IMG/VR virus record: IMGVR_UViG_3300014969_000016
Span: 51,715-115,714 of that record
Reading direction: 5' to 3' (one strand)
DNA length: 64,000 bases
DNA from: a virus
Lineage: Duplodnaviria; Caudoviricetes
The notes beneath the pieces are model-generated. The model did not search any database and was not told where the DNA came from. It saw only the letters and a list, made by a program, of their open reading frames with translations. Shown here piece by piece: positions 9,703 to 16,839 of this stretch. The position numbers were made by a program, and so were the translations under genes. The stretch's first letter is position 1, and each line of letters begins with the position of its first letter.

Positions 9703-9996
9703 GACCAGCGTGGCGCCCTTGCGGGCGGCGAACCGGCCGAACGCTGCGAGCATGCCCTCGCGGCCGATGTCCTTCGACATGCGGGCGACAGCCTTGTACG
9801 TGCTGCGCTTACGGTCGTACGAGCCGCCCGGATGGTTCGGGAACGATGATGCTGCCAGGACGGTGCCGTCGCTGCGCAGCACGTAGAACGTGCGGACGAT
9901 GCCGCCGACGCCCTGCAGGCCGTCGTTGTCCTCGGCCGTGTAGTCGCTGGTTGCCTCGGCAAGCTTGACTGCGCCGCGGGCTGAAATCTTGGCCAT
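9700..9996 (-). CDS. hypothetical cassette gene
   Basis: SD GAAGGAG; bounded by repeats 4 and 5. Confidence 0.7.
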   Translation of the reverse strand: MAKISARGAVKLAEATSDYTAEDNDGLQGVGGIVRTFYVLRSDGTVLAASSFPNHPGGSYDRKRSTYKAVARMSKDIGREGMLAAFGRFAARKGATLV

Positions 9997-10020
9997 GGTG
10001 GTGGCTCCTTCGGTAGGTGG

Positions 10021-10077
10021 TGTGATACCAGTGTACAGGCATACACTGGTATCACAACACGGTGAGCAGGATTTCTT
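10021..10077 (-). promoter_or_regulatory. cassette repeat 5: TTGTGA-N16-TACACT, 15-bp hairpin
   Basis: TGTGATACCAGTGTA-N6-TACACTGGTATCACA; upstream AGAAATC. Confidence 0.85.
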
Positions 10078-10087
10078 GGTGTCTCGT

Positions 10088-10342
10088 TCAGATGCTCCCG
10101 TCCATGTCGATACGGGCGACGATGGCGTCGGCCCGTGCGTACAGGGCGTCCACGTCGTCTTCGTCCAGGTACAGGCCAGCCTGCTCGGCAGCGTCGCTCA
10201 GCAGGGCGTACACAGCCTCCTGCATGGGCACCCACTCGTTGGCGCTGGCATCGCCAACGCTCAGGCCGTCCTCCAGGAAGGCGGCGCGGATCTGCTCGTT
10301 CGTGATCCGGATGCGGTTGATGGCGTCGTTGCCCACGTTCAT
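10088..10342 (-). CDS. acidic hypothetical cassette gene
   Basis: ORF coupled (ATGA) to 10339..10506. Confidence 0.65.
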   Translation of the reverse strand: MNVGNDAINRIRITNEQIRAAFLEDGLSVGDASANEWVPMQEAVYALLSDAAEQAGLYLDEDDVDALYARADAIVARIDMDGSI

Positions 10343-10506
10343 GACGTGACCTCGACGGTCCAGCCGTCACGGGCGACCATCTCGTCGTAGTTGCGGAGGA
10401 TGTACATGGTGGCCCATGCGATGAGCGCCTTGTCGGTGCGCTCCACGGTGGAGTCCATCTCCAGCGGCTCGGAAAGCTGCGGGTGGCTCAGGCGGTAGGT
10501 GATCAT
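10339..10506 (-). CDS. 55-aa hypothetical cassette gene (not in ORF track)
   Basis: MITYRLSHPQ...VEVTS; SD GGGAG. Confidence 0.6.
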   Translation of the reverse strand: MITYRLSHPQLSEPLEMDSTVERTDKALIAWATMYILRNYDEMVARDGWTVEVTS

Positions 10507-10600
10507 GGTGGTTCTCCCGGTAAGTGGTGGGTGGTGGGTGGCTCCCCGCCCGCAGGCGGGGAGCCGGTGCCCGAGTCTCAGGTCGGTGCCGCCTCTGTCG

Positions 10601-10660
10601 TGTGATACCAGTGTATCGAGCGCAGCGTGGTATCACAACACGCTGCGCCCGAATCTTTCA
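10601..10660 (-). promoter_or_regulatory. cassette repeat 6: TTGTGA-N17-TACACT with hairpin
   Basis: GCGCAGCGTG-N9-CACGCTGCGC; begins TGA-AAGATTC. Confidence 0.85.
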
Positions 10661-10873
10661 GGCGGTCACCCAGGGGGCGACGGCCCACACCAGGTCGGTG
10701 GTGCGCATGAACAGCCCGTTGGGGTACAGGTCGGTCAGCACGGTGACGGTGCCAGGCGTGTCGTGGAATTCGAAGCCGGTCACCACGTGGGGGATGTCGC
10801 TGGAATCAACGAACTCCTGGCCCACGCACAGGTGCGCAACCTCGCGGCGGATGTAAGTGGCTTGTGCGGTCAT
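10658..10873 (-). CDS. hypothetical cassette gene, leaderless
   Basis: ATG 6 nt after TACACT; MTAQATY. Confidence 0.65.
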   Translation of the reverse strand: MTAQATYIRREVAHLCVGQEFVDSSDIPHVVTGFEFHDTPGTVTVLTDLYPNGLFMRTTDLVWAVAPWVTA

Positions 10874-10879
10874 GGTGTC

Positions 10880-10927
10880 AGTGTACAGGGTGGCGAGTGT
10901 TGTCACAACACGGTGACCAGGATTTCT
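10880..10927 (-). promoter_or_regulatory. cassette repeat 7: TTGTGA-N17-TACACT
   Basis: GTGTTGT-C-ACAACAC palindrome; upstream AGAAATC. Confidence 0.85.
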
Positions 10928-10965
10928 CCCGGCCACCGTGTGTCGTGCTCCCTACCACCAGGAGA

Positions 10966-11181
10966 TCAGCCAGCGGTGAACACAGGCCTGCTGGTGCGCA
11001 GTGAGGCCTGGAAGAGCAGGTCGTAGATGGCCGTGCGGGCGGCGAACGCCGACGCACCGCTGCGGCGCAGGTTGCGGTAGTGGAACCGCAGGTACCAGGC
11101 CGTGTAGTTGTCCACGGTGATGGTGTTGGGCGCGTAGTCAGCGTTGCGCCGGAACTTGATGATTTCGCGGGTGATGGTCAT
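10966..11181 (-). CDS. basic hypothetical cassette gene
   Basis: SD AGGAG; MTITREII. Confidence 0.65.
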   Translation of the reverse strand: MTITREIIKFRRNADYAPNTITVDNYTAWYLRFHYRNLRRSGASAFAARTAIYDLLFQASLRTSRPVFTAG

Positions 11182-11215
11182 GGTTGGCTCCTGGCCGGTA
11201 AGTGGTGGTGGTGTC

Positions 11216-11265
11216 AGTGTACAGGGTGCGCCGTGTTGTGACAACACGGCGCACCAGGTTTCTCA
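11216..11265 (-). promoter_or_regulatory. cassette repeat 8: TTGTCA-N17-TACACT, 15-bp hairpin
   Basis: GGTGCGCCGTGTTGT-G-ACAACACGGCGCACC; begins TGA-GAAACC. Confidence 0.85.
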
Positions 11266-11451
11266 GGCCGTGGCCTGCGCCCCATCGATGAGGAAGGCCG
11301 TCAGGTCTGCGACCTGCGAGGGATCCAGGTCAACGACCTGGCCATCGGTGGTGTAGACCCACACGTGGCCCTCATCGGTGAACACGGCGCGAAGACTGTC
11401 GCCCGTGCCATCGGTGGCATTGAAGTTGGATACGAGTGCGTTCTGGAACAT
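11263..11451 (-). CDS. hypothetical cassette gene
   Basis: SD GGAG; MFQNALV; stop inside repeat 8. Confidence 0.65.
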   Translation of the reverse strand: MFQNALVSNFNATDGTGDSLRAVFTDEGHVWVYTTDGQVVDLDPSQVADLTAFLIDGAQATA

Positions 11452-11470
11452 GGTGCTCTCCATTCGGTGG

Positions 11471-11529
11471 TGTGATACCAGGGTACAGGATGCACCCTGG
11501 TATCACAACACGGTCGGGCTGATTTCTCA
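11471..11529 (-). promoter_or_regulatory. cassette repeat 9: TTGTGA-N17-TACCCT, 14-bp hairpin
   Basis: TGTGATACCAGGGT-N9-ACCCTGGTATCACA; begins TGA-GAAATC. Confidence 0.85.
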
Positions 11530-11847
11530 GCGGGCGTTCACGGCGGCAACCGCCGCAGCGTGGCTGCCAGGGCACTCGCAACCGCCCATGGCGATCTGCA
11601 GGGCCGTGCAGGTGGGCAGGTGCCATTTGAACGACACCATCTGGCGGTCGATCTCCTGGGCGCCGTGCAGCAGGTTGGCTGCGAGCGTGCGAGCCTGCTC
11701 GGCGGTGAGGCGCAGGTCAGCCAGCACGCCGCCGTTGTCACGGTCGGTCACGCCGTCCTTCCACACCCGCACCATGACGGCGGGGCGCAGCTTGGCGTTC
11801 TGAACTTCGATCAGTTCGCCGTGGTCGGTGGCCTGGAGGGTTTGCAT
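11527..11847 (-). CDS. hypothetical cassette gene
   Basis: SD GGGAG; C-terminal H..C...CxC..H. Confidence 0.65.
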   Translation of the reverse strand: MQTLQATDHGELIEVQNAKLRPAVMVRVWKDGVTDRDNGGVLADLRLTAEQARTLAANLLHGAQEIDRQMVSFKWHLPTCTALQIAMGGCECPGSHAAAVAAVNAR

Positions 11848-11883
11848 GTCGGTATCTCCCTGGTTCGGTCGGTGGTGTACCCC

Positions 11884-11911
11884 AGGATACAGGAGTTGCT
11901 AGCAACCACAA
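11884..11911 (-). promoter_or_regulatory. cassette repeat 10: TTGTGG-N16-TATCCT with GTTGCTAGCAAC palindrome
   Basis: First promoter of the array in transcription order. Confidence 0.6.
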
Positions 11912-11938
11912 CCTCGATACCCAGGTTTATACCTGTTT

Positions 11939-11959
11939 TTATCCACAGAGTTGTCCACA
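11939..11959 (+). promoter_or_regulatory. two tandem DnaA boxes
   Basis: TTATCCACA-gag-TTGTCCACA in non-coding DNA. Confidence 0.65.
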
Positions 11960-12493
11960 GGCTGTGGGCGCAGCCCCGCCCCTGGGCAGGGGAGCGGAGC
12001 GCGACCGGCCACGGCAAGGGAGGCGGATCCCCACGCCGTGACCGGCTACCCCAGGGGCGGCGGAACATCCCCCAGGGCAGTCGCCCGTAGGCGACGTGGA
12101 TGAGTCTACACGCGTGGCGCCACCCGGCCCTGGGACACTGGATGCGATGCCCAGGGCCGGGTGACTCCCGCCCGTTGCCGGTGGGTGAGCGTAACACAAC
12201 AGCAACGTGGCGAGTCAAGGCGCGAGCGTGCGTACGCGTGTTCGCCACCCGTGTAGGGGTGGGTAGGCGAGAGCGCCAGCGCTCTTACCTGGGTATCAGC
12301 GTTAGCGGTTGGTCAGTTATCCATGCCCCTAAAGACATGGCCCATGCCTCGTACGTAGTACTGCATGGCGGGTGCATCACACCTGGTAGATGGGCACGTG
12401 TACGCATGTAGTACTGCGTATGAGTCATGAGCCTTGCCTTCTAGGGAGCTTCTAGGGACACGCTTGTCCCGAACTTGGCCCGAATGATTCGAC

Positions 12494-12751
12494 TCAGGGC
12501 GTGCGGATCTCGCCCGTCTCATCGTGTTCCAACCAGTATCCACAGGCGTCTGTTCCAAGGGTCCAGCCGCTGTCGCTGACCAGCACTGCATCCGGGCAGC
12601 CCTTGATCGTGGTGCCGTGGAGTGTTCCAAGGAAGACCATCCCATCGATGCCGTGGTCAGCAGTCTGCTTGGCAGCGGCCACCGTCATCTCTTCTTCCTT
12701 GATCACGTAGTCGAACAGGTCGCACTGCTGTTCCAAGCTAGGTGGTGTCAT
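12494..12751 (-). CDS. hypothetical protein
   Basis: Start MTPPSLE; packed minus-strand run. Confidence 0.5.
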   Translation of the reverse strand: MTPPSLEQQCDLFDYVIKEEEMTVAAAKQTADHGIDGMVFLGTLHGTTIKGCPDAVLVSDSGWTLGTDACGYWLEHDETGEIRTP

Positions 12752-13178
12752 AGTCCCACCCGTAGTGCTCGGGGTGCTCTTCCTTCCAAGCAGTGCGGTG
12801 AGCATGGCTGCGATGCGGTTCCAAGAGGCGTTCCAACCAGGGCACCTGGGCGCAGAGAGCATGGGCGCAATCGTGACAGATCACGCACTCGTAGTCAGCA
12901 GGGGGCTGCATCATGCGAGGCTCGTTGTACTCAGGCTCCCAGTTGCGGTTCTCAATGGGGGTGACACCGTTCGGTGATGTCCTGGTCTTGTACTCACCAT
13001 CCTCGCCACGCACCCAGCGATCCTCTGTGTTGTTGGGCAGCGTGGCCTGGAGGTTGTCCACGAACATGCCGTAGCCACCGTGGAAGCAGATCCACAGGCA
13101 GTTGTCGAAGGCGTACTCGGTATCAGGCATCGCCGTGTCAGGTGTAAGCGTGGTATCACACGCATAGCACTTAGTCAT
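12738..13178 (-). CDS. Cys/His-rich hypothetical protein
   Basis: MTKCYAC...GGYGMFVD...ICHDCAH. Confidence 0.6.
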   Translation of the reverse strand: MTKCYACDTTLTPDTAMPDTEYAFDNCLWICFHGGYGMFVDNLQATLPNNTEDRWVRGEDGEYKTRTSPNGVTPIENRNWEPEYNEPRMMQPPADYECVICHDCAHALCAQVPWLERLLEPHRSHAHRTAWKEEHPEHYGWDYDTT

Positions 13179-13503
13179 GGAAGCGTTCCAGCACCTTCTC
13201 GACCTCTTCGGGTGTGACTGTTCCAGTGACATCCTCATGGCTGTCAAGCTGCTTGGCCCACAACAGGGTGACTGCGATGGGGCACACCAGTTGCAGGCGC
13301 ACGGCGTCGCCATCTTCGAAGTGGTCGTACAGCGGCTCGGTCAGTTCCAGGTGGCTGTCGCTGTCCAGCAGCACGTCCAGGCAGTCTTCCCAATGGGCAC
13401 CACGCCAGTGTGGGTTGGCCGTGGTGAAGTGCTCCAGGGCCAACGCATTCTCGTTGGGCATGTTGTGGCGCACCCAGGCCAGGGCGTCGATGTATTGAGT
13501 CAC
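13171..13503 (-). CDS. hypothetical protein
   Basis: Coupled ORF. Confidence 0.55.
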   Translation of the reverse strand: MTQYIDALAWVRHNMPNENALALEHFTTANPHWRGAHWEDCLDVLLDSDSHLELTEPLYDHFEDGDAVRLQLVCPIAVTLLWAKQLDSHEDVTGTVTPEEVEKVLERFHD

Positions 13504-14020
13504 TTGAACATTCCCTTCACGAAGTCCATTGCGAAGTAGCCCACCAGGAAGCTGATGAAGCCACGCTTGATCTTGACGGTGGTTGGTTCCAGCGTGCCGT
13601 TCTGTCGTTCGATCTCACGCTGGATGTGGTTGCGTTGCTGCACCAGGTCGGCGTACTGACGGCGCTGGCGCTGTGTGTCCTCGGTGCGGCTCATCGCTTC
13701 ACCCAGCGTTCCCAGCGCTCTTGGAGGAAGTTCAGGATCATGAGTATCACAGTTCCACCACCACTTCGTTACCGACGTATGCCGCGCCGTGGTAGCAGTC
13801 CTCATCGCCGCACCACGGGCCGTTCAGGTGGGTCACCTTGTCCTCGGCACCCTTGCGGGTGTGGTGCAGGCTCACCAGTTCAGGCTCCCACACGTTCTGC
13901 CACACAGGATGCACCACACGGGGCTGCACCTGGGCCAGACGCTCTTGCAGGTCACTCATCGCTTCACCACCGACACGAATGCCACGATGACGATGCCCAT
14001 GCAGATGAGTCCCAGCGCCA

Positions 14021-14389
14021 TCACCGATCACCCCTGATGTCTTCCTCGTTGGGCACGTACTCGTCCAGGTACAGGATGCCGCCCTGGGTGAACACTTGGT
14101 AGTCGATGCTGCCCAGGTAGGTGGAGTCGTCATCCTCGGCCTGCAGACGGTCGAAGCGTGCGCAAATGGCACCCTCCAGCGTCTGCCACGCCGTGTAGAT
14201 GGCGTGGTCGGGGTGGTCAGGCTCGCTGGCCTCCACCGGCACCACAGCGCGCATCGGCGGCGCTGGGCGCACGCCCAGGATGGTGTTGACGAAGTTGAGG
14301 CTCGGCCCGTTCTGCGAAGTGCAGAAGTCCTCCCACGCCTCTTGCTCGTCCTCTCTCGGATCGGTGGGCGGCTCGTCGTTGCGGTACAT
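14021..14389 (-). CDS. hypothetical protein
   Basis: SD GAAGGA; has its own promoter at 14424. Confidence 0.6.
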   Translation of the reverse strand: MYRNDEPPTDPREDEQEAWEDFCTSQNGPSLNFVNTILGVRPAPPMRAVVPVEASEPDHPDHAIYTAWQTLEGAICARFDRLQAEDDDSTYLGSIDYQVFTQGGILYLDEYVPNEEDIRGDR

Positions 14390-14423
14390 GTTGTGTCCTT
14401 CGTATCGGGTAAGTGGTGTGGTC

Positions 14424-14456
14424 AGTATACAAGCGTTACCGTGGTATCACAACACG
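14424..14456 (-). promoter_or_regulatory. promoter TTGTGA-N17-TATACT
   Basis: CGTGTTGTGATACC core, as in the cassette repeats. Confidence 0.8.
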
Positions 14457-14635
14457 TCGTTGCCATCACTTGACCTCAAAGTCGTCGTAGCCGATGCCGA
14501 CCAGGGTCCGGTACCGATACCGGCCGGGAAGCTCGTCCACGAACTTCTTGCGGTCGTAGATCGACACGAAGAACATGCAGACCAGTTCCTTGGGGTCACG
14601 GCTGGCAACGCCGTGGAGCATGTAGACCTTCTTGG

Positions 14636-14854
14636 TCATGACGCCACCACCCGGAAGGTCGGATCGAAGTGCTCACCGAAGCTGAGGTTGCCATCGACAT
14701 CCTCAATCTCGTACGGCTCACCGTTGATGACGATGATCGCCTCGGTGCCATCGGGCAGGATAAGGATGCGCGCCCAGCCCTCGGTGGGGAGCGCTTCGTT
14801 GCTGCGGATCTTGTAGCTCCCGCGGTGTGTGGTCAGTGCGTAGGTGGTGCTCAT
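14636..14854 (-). CDS. hypothetical protein
   Basis: ATGA-coupled ORF. Confidence 0.55.
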   Translation of the reverse strand: MSTTYALTTHRGSYKIRSNEALPTEGWARILILPDGTEAIIVINGEPYEIEDVDGNLSFGEHFDPTFRVVAS

Positions 14855-15114
14855 GCCGGTCCCGCCTGCATCTCGGAGCGCTCACGCATCAGCACTTCGA
14901 TGGGCTGATCGTTGTCCAGGCTGTCGAACTGCTCTCGCACTTCGATCAGGTCGCTCTCGTCCAGGTCGTAGAGGGCGGCGTAGAACTCCGGCTCATACTT
15001 CCACGGCTTCTCGACGGCGTAGGCCACGTCCTTGGCCTCGTAGTTGTTGTCAGCCAGCCAGGCGGTGAGTCGGACCATGTTGTCGTGGTCGTCCCACCAG
15101 TAGTCATTGCTCAT
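14851..15114 (-). CDS. acidic hypothetical protein
   Basis: SD AAGGA; AVEKPWKYEPEF. Confidence 0.6.
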   Translation of the reverse strand: MSNDYWWDDHDNMVRLTAWLADNNYEAKDVAYAVEKPWKYEPEFYAALYDLDESDLIEVREQFDSLDNDQPIEVLMRERSEMQAGPA

Positions 15115-15152
15115 GTTGGTGTTGTCCTTGTCTTGGTAGGTGTTGTGTTATC

Positions 15153-15181
15153 AGTGTATCGGATGAGTGTTGTGTTACCAA
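15153..15181 (-). promoter_or_regulatory. promoter TTGGTA-N17-TACACT
   Basis: Intergenic; flanked by ACACAACAC half-sites. Confidence 0.65.
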
Positions 15182-15550
15182 CGTCAGTTGGAGTAATCCC
15201 TGTCCTTGCCATCGAAGCCATCTTCGAAGCCACGCTTGAACTCAGCGAACGCTTCCTTGCCCTCTCGGGCCACGTCAGCGAACGTGAAGCGTGGGTCGAA
15301 GTCGTCGTGCTCGCGACGGTACTGACCAGTGAAGTAGCCGTCCTCGTAGTGCGTCATCGTGGTACCTCGTACGTCCTGACGTACTCATGCAGGTGGCCGT
15401 CCTTTTCGAAGATGCCTTCGATGGTGACTTCGATCCCTCCGGTGGCCTGGCCTTCGAACTCCACGGTGACGTTGAAGATGTCAGCGTGCTGCTGGCACTC
15501 GTCCACGAAGTTGGCCACGGTGAGCATGGTGTCTCGATCTAGTCCGTACA

Positions 15551-15910
15551 TCACTCGACCTCCTGATAGGTGCGACGGTGGACGATGCTGTTGATGACCG
15601 GCTGGGCCAGCCCGCCATACATCTCGCCAAGCTCGCGCTGGCTGTACTTGCCGCTGGCGTACTTCGTGCGGATCTCACGCACCTGCTTGTCGGTGAGTGA
15701 GCGCTGGCGTGTGTTGGGCGTGCCCTTGGCTGGGCCACGCTGGGCCATGCCGTTGACGTGCTTGGCAGGCCTGAGCGTGTCCAGGGTGGCCCTGGCGCTG
15801 TCCAGGATCTCCTGGCGTTCACGCTGCTTCAACACGATCTGCTCTTGCAGCACTTCGATCTGATTGTCGATCCTGGCCACTCGTTTGAGCAGCGTCTCCA
15901 TGTCGCTCAT
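15551..15910 (-). CDS. coiled-coil plus HTH DNA-binding protein
   Basis: LTDKQVREIR...YSQRELGEMYG...INSIVHRRTY. Confidence 0.65.
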   Translation of the reverse strand: MSDMETLLKRVARIDNQIEVLQEQIVLKQRERQEILDSARATLDTLRPAKHVNGMAQRGPAKGTPNTRQRSLTDKQVREIRTKYASGKYSQRELGEMYGGLAQPVINSIVHRRTYQEVE

Positions 15911-16719
15911 GACGCAACCTCTCCCTGCTGGGCCGAGAGCGATGCGAGCAGCGACGCCATCAGGTCAGCGGACGGGTCGATGTTGTGCTCGACCGGAGCA
16001 GGAGCCTCCACGCCTTGAGCCTTCTGATCGACGTAGGCCTGCGCCACGGGCGCATTGGTGTCCACCAGGGTGGGCGCATCGATGCCGATGGCGTCCACCA
16101 GCATGTTGGCGACGTTGCGCTCCGCATCGAAGATGGCCACGCTGGCCGGTGCCGTCGTGGGCTGGCGCACTGCGTCGGCCGTGTAGACCAGGAACAGGTT
16201 GCCATCAGCGTCCAGCAGGGCGTAGCGGGCCGGTCCACGCATGGCGACCTTGACCAGTGCGTACAGCTTGCGCTCACGCATGACGGTGGTGAGCAGGACG
16301 AACGCCTTCTCCACGGCGCCGTTGATCTTGCCCTTCTCGCGCTTGGGGCGCACCTGCTTGACGCCTTCGACCAGGTACTTGCCGAAGTCCTTGGCCTTGA
16401 CGAAGCAGACGATCTCAGCCAGCCCACGTGGTGACGTGCAGGCGGCGATCTCGTCGTCGGTGAAGGTGACCCAGGCGCCGTTGCTGGCCTGAGCCATGCG
16501 GGTCACGTCGGTGGGGTGGACAACCTCGCCCGTGTCCTTGCGGATGACGGCGCGGCCCAGCGGGATGTTGGCGTCCCCCCGGTAGAACTCGGAGCGGGCG
16601 ACCCTCGTCTCTTCGGTCCCCGTGAAGACGGAGAGCGGCATGACGAGCATCGGGCCGAAGCTCAGTGTGATAGTGGTGGTGGCCCTGACGGGCGCCCCAG
16701 CCAGAGCGGTGGGTGACAT
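15907..16719 (-). CDS. ku: Ku-like DNA end-binding protein
   Basis: TITLSFG...PLSVFTGTEE, TGEVV, WVTFTDDEIAA, EIVCFV, KAFVLL...M, ADAVR follow the prokaryotic Ku pattern. Confidence 0.8.
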   Translation of the reverse strand: MSPTALAGAPVRATTTITLSFGPMLVMPLSVFTGTEETRVARSEFYRGDANIPLGRAVIRKDTGEVVHPTDVTRMAQASNGAWVTFTDDEIAACTSPRGLAEIVCFVKAKDFGKYLVEGVKQVRPKREKGKINGAVEKAFVLLTTVMRERKLYALVKVAMRGPARYALLDADGNLFLVYTADAVRQPTTAPASVAIFDAERNVANMLVDAIGIDAPTLVDTNAPVAQAYVDQKAQGVEAPAPVEHNIDPSADLMASLLASLSAQQGEVAS

Positions 16720-16763
16720 TGGTGTGTCCTTTCGGGACGATTCCGGTGAGTGGTACGTGTATC

Positions 16764-16792
16764 AGTGTACATGGTGTTGCTATCAACACCAA
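16764..16792 (-). promoter_or_regulatory. promoter TTGGTG-N17-TACACT for ku
   Basis: Contains TGGTGTTG-N4-CAACACCA palindrome. Confidence 0.65.
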
Positions 16793-16793
16793 C

Positions 16794-16832
16794 CTCCCAG
16801 CACAGGTATTGTTGAGATACCTGTGCTGGGAG
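16794..16832 (-). terminator. 16-bp hairpin after AAA gene
   Basis: CTCCCAGCACAGGTAT-N7-ATACCTGTGCTGGGAG. Confidence 0.7.
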
Positions 16833-16839
16833 AGAGCTA

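Noticed and set aside
9276-10370. 364-aa ORF spanning several cassettes
   Set aside because: Reads through promoters and overlaps better ORFs; only 9276-9617 looks coding
7791-11911. Repeat array read as a CRISPR array
   Set aside because: Repeats are divergent and the intervening segments are 200-950 bp genes, not spacers; the Cas4-like gene lies in the recombination module with no cas operon
7791-11911. Repeat array read as a true integron (attC array)
   Set aside because: No tyrosine recombinase in the window, no consistent RYYYAAC...GTTRRRY ends, and each repeat contains its own promoter
12440-12500. TTCGACTC as a tRNA T-loop
   Set aside because: No cloverleaf can be built around it
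13790-13803. 14-mer TGGTAGCAGTCCTC shared with ~54697
   Set aside because: Only two copies in unrelated contexts (coding versus promoter); likely chance
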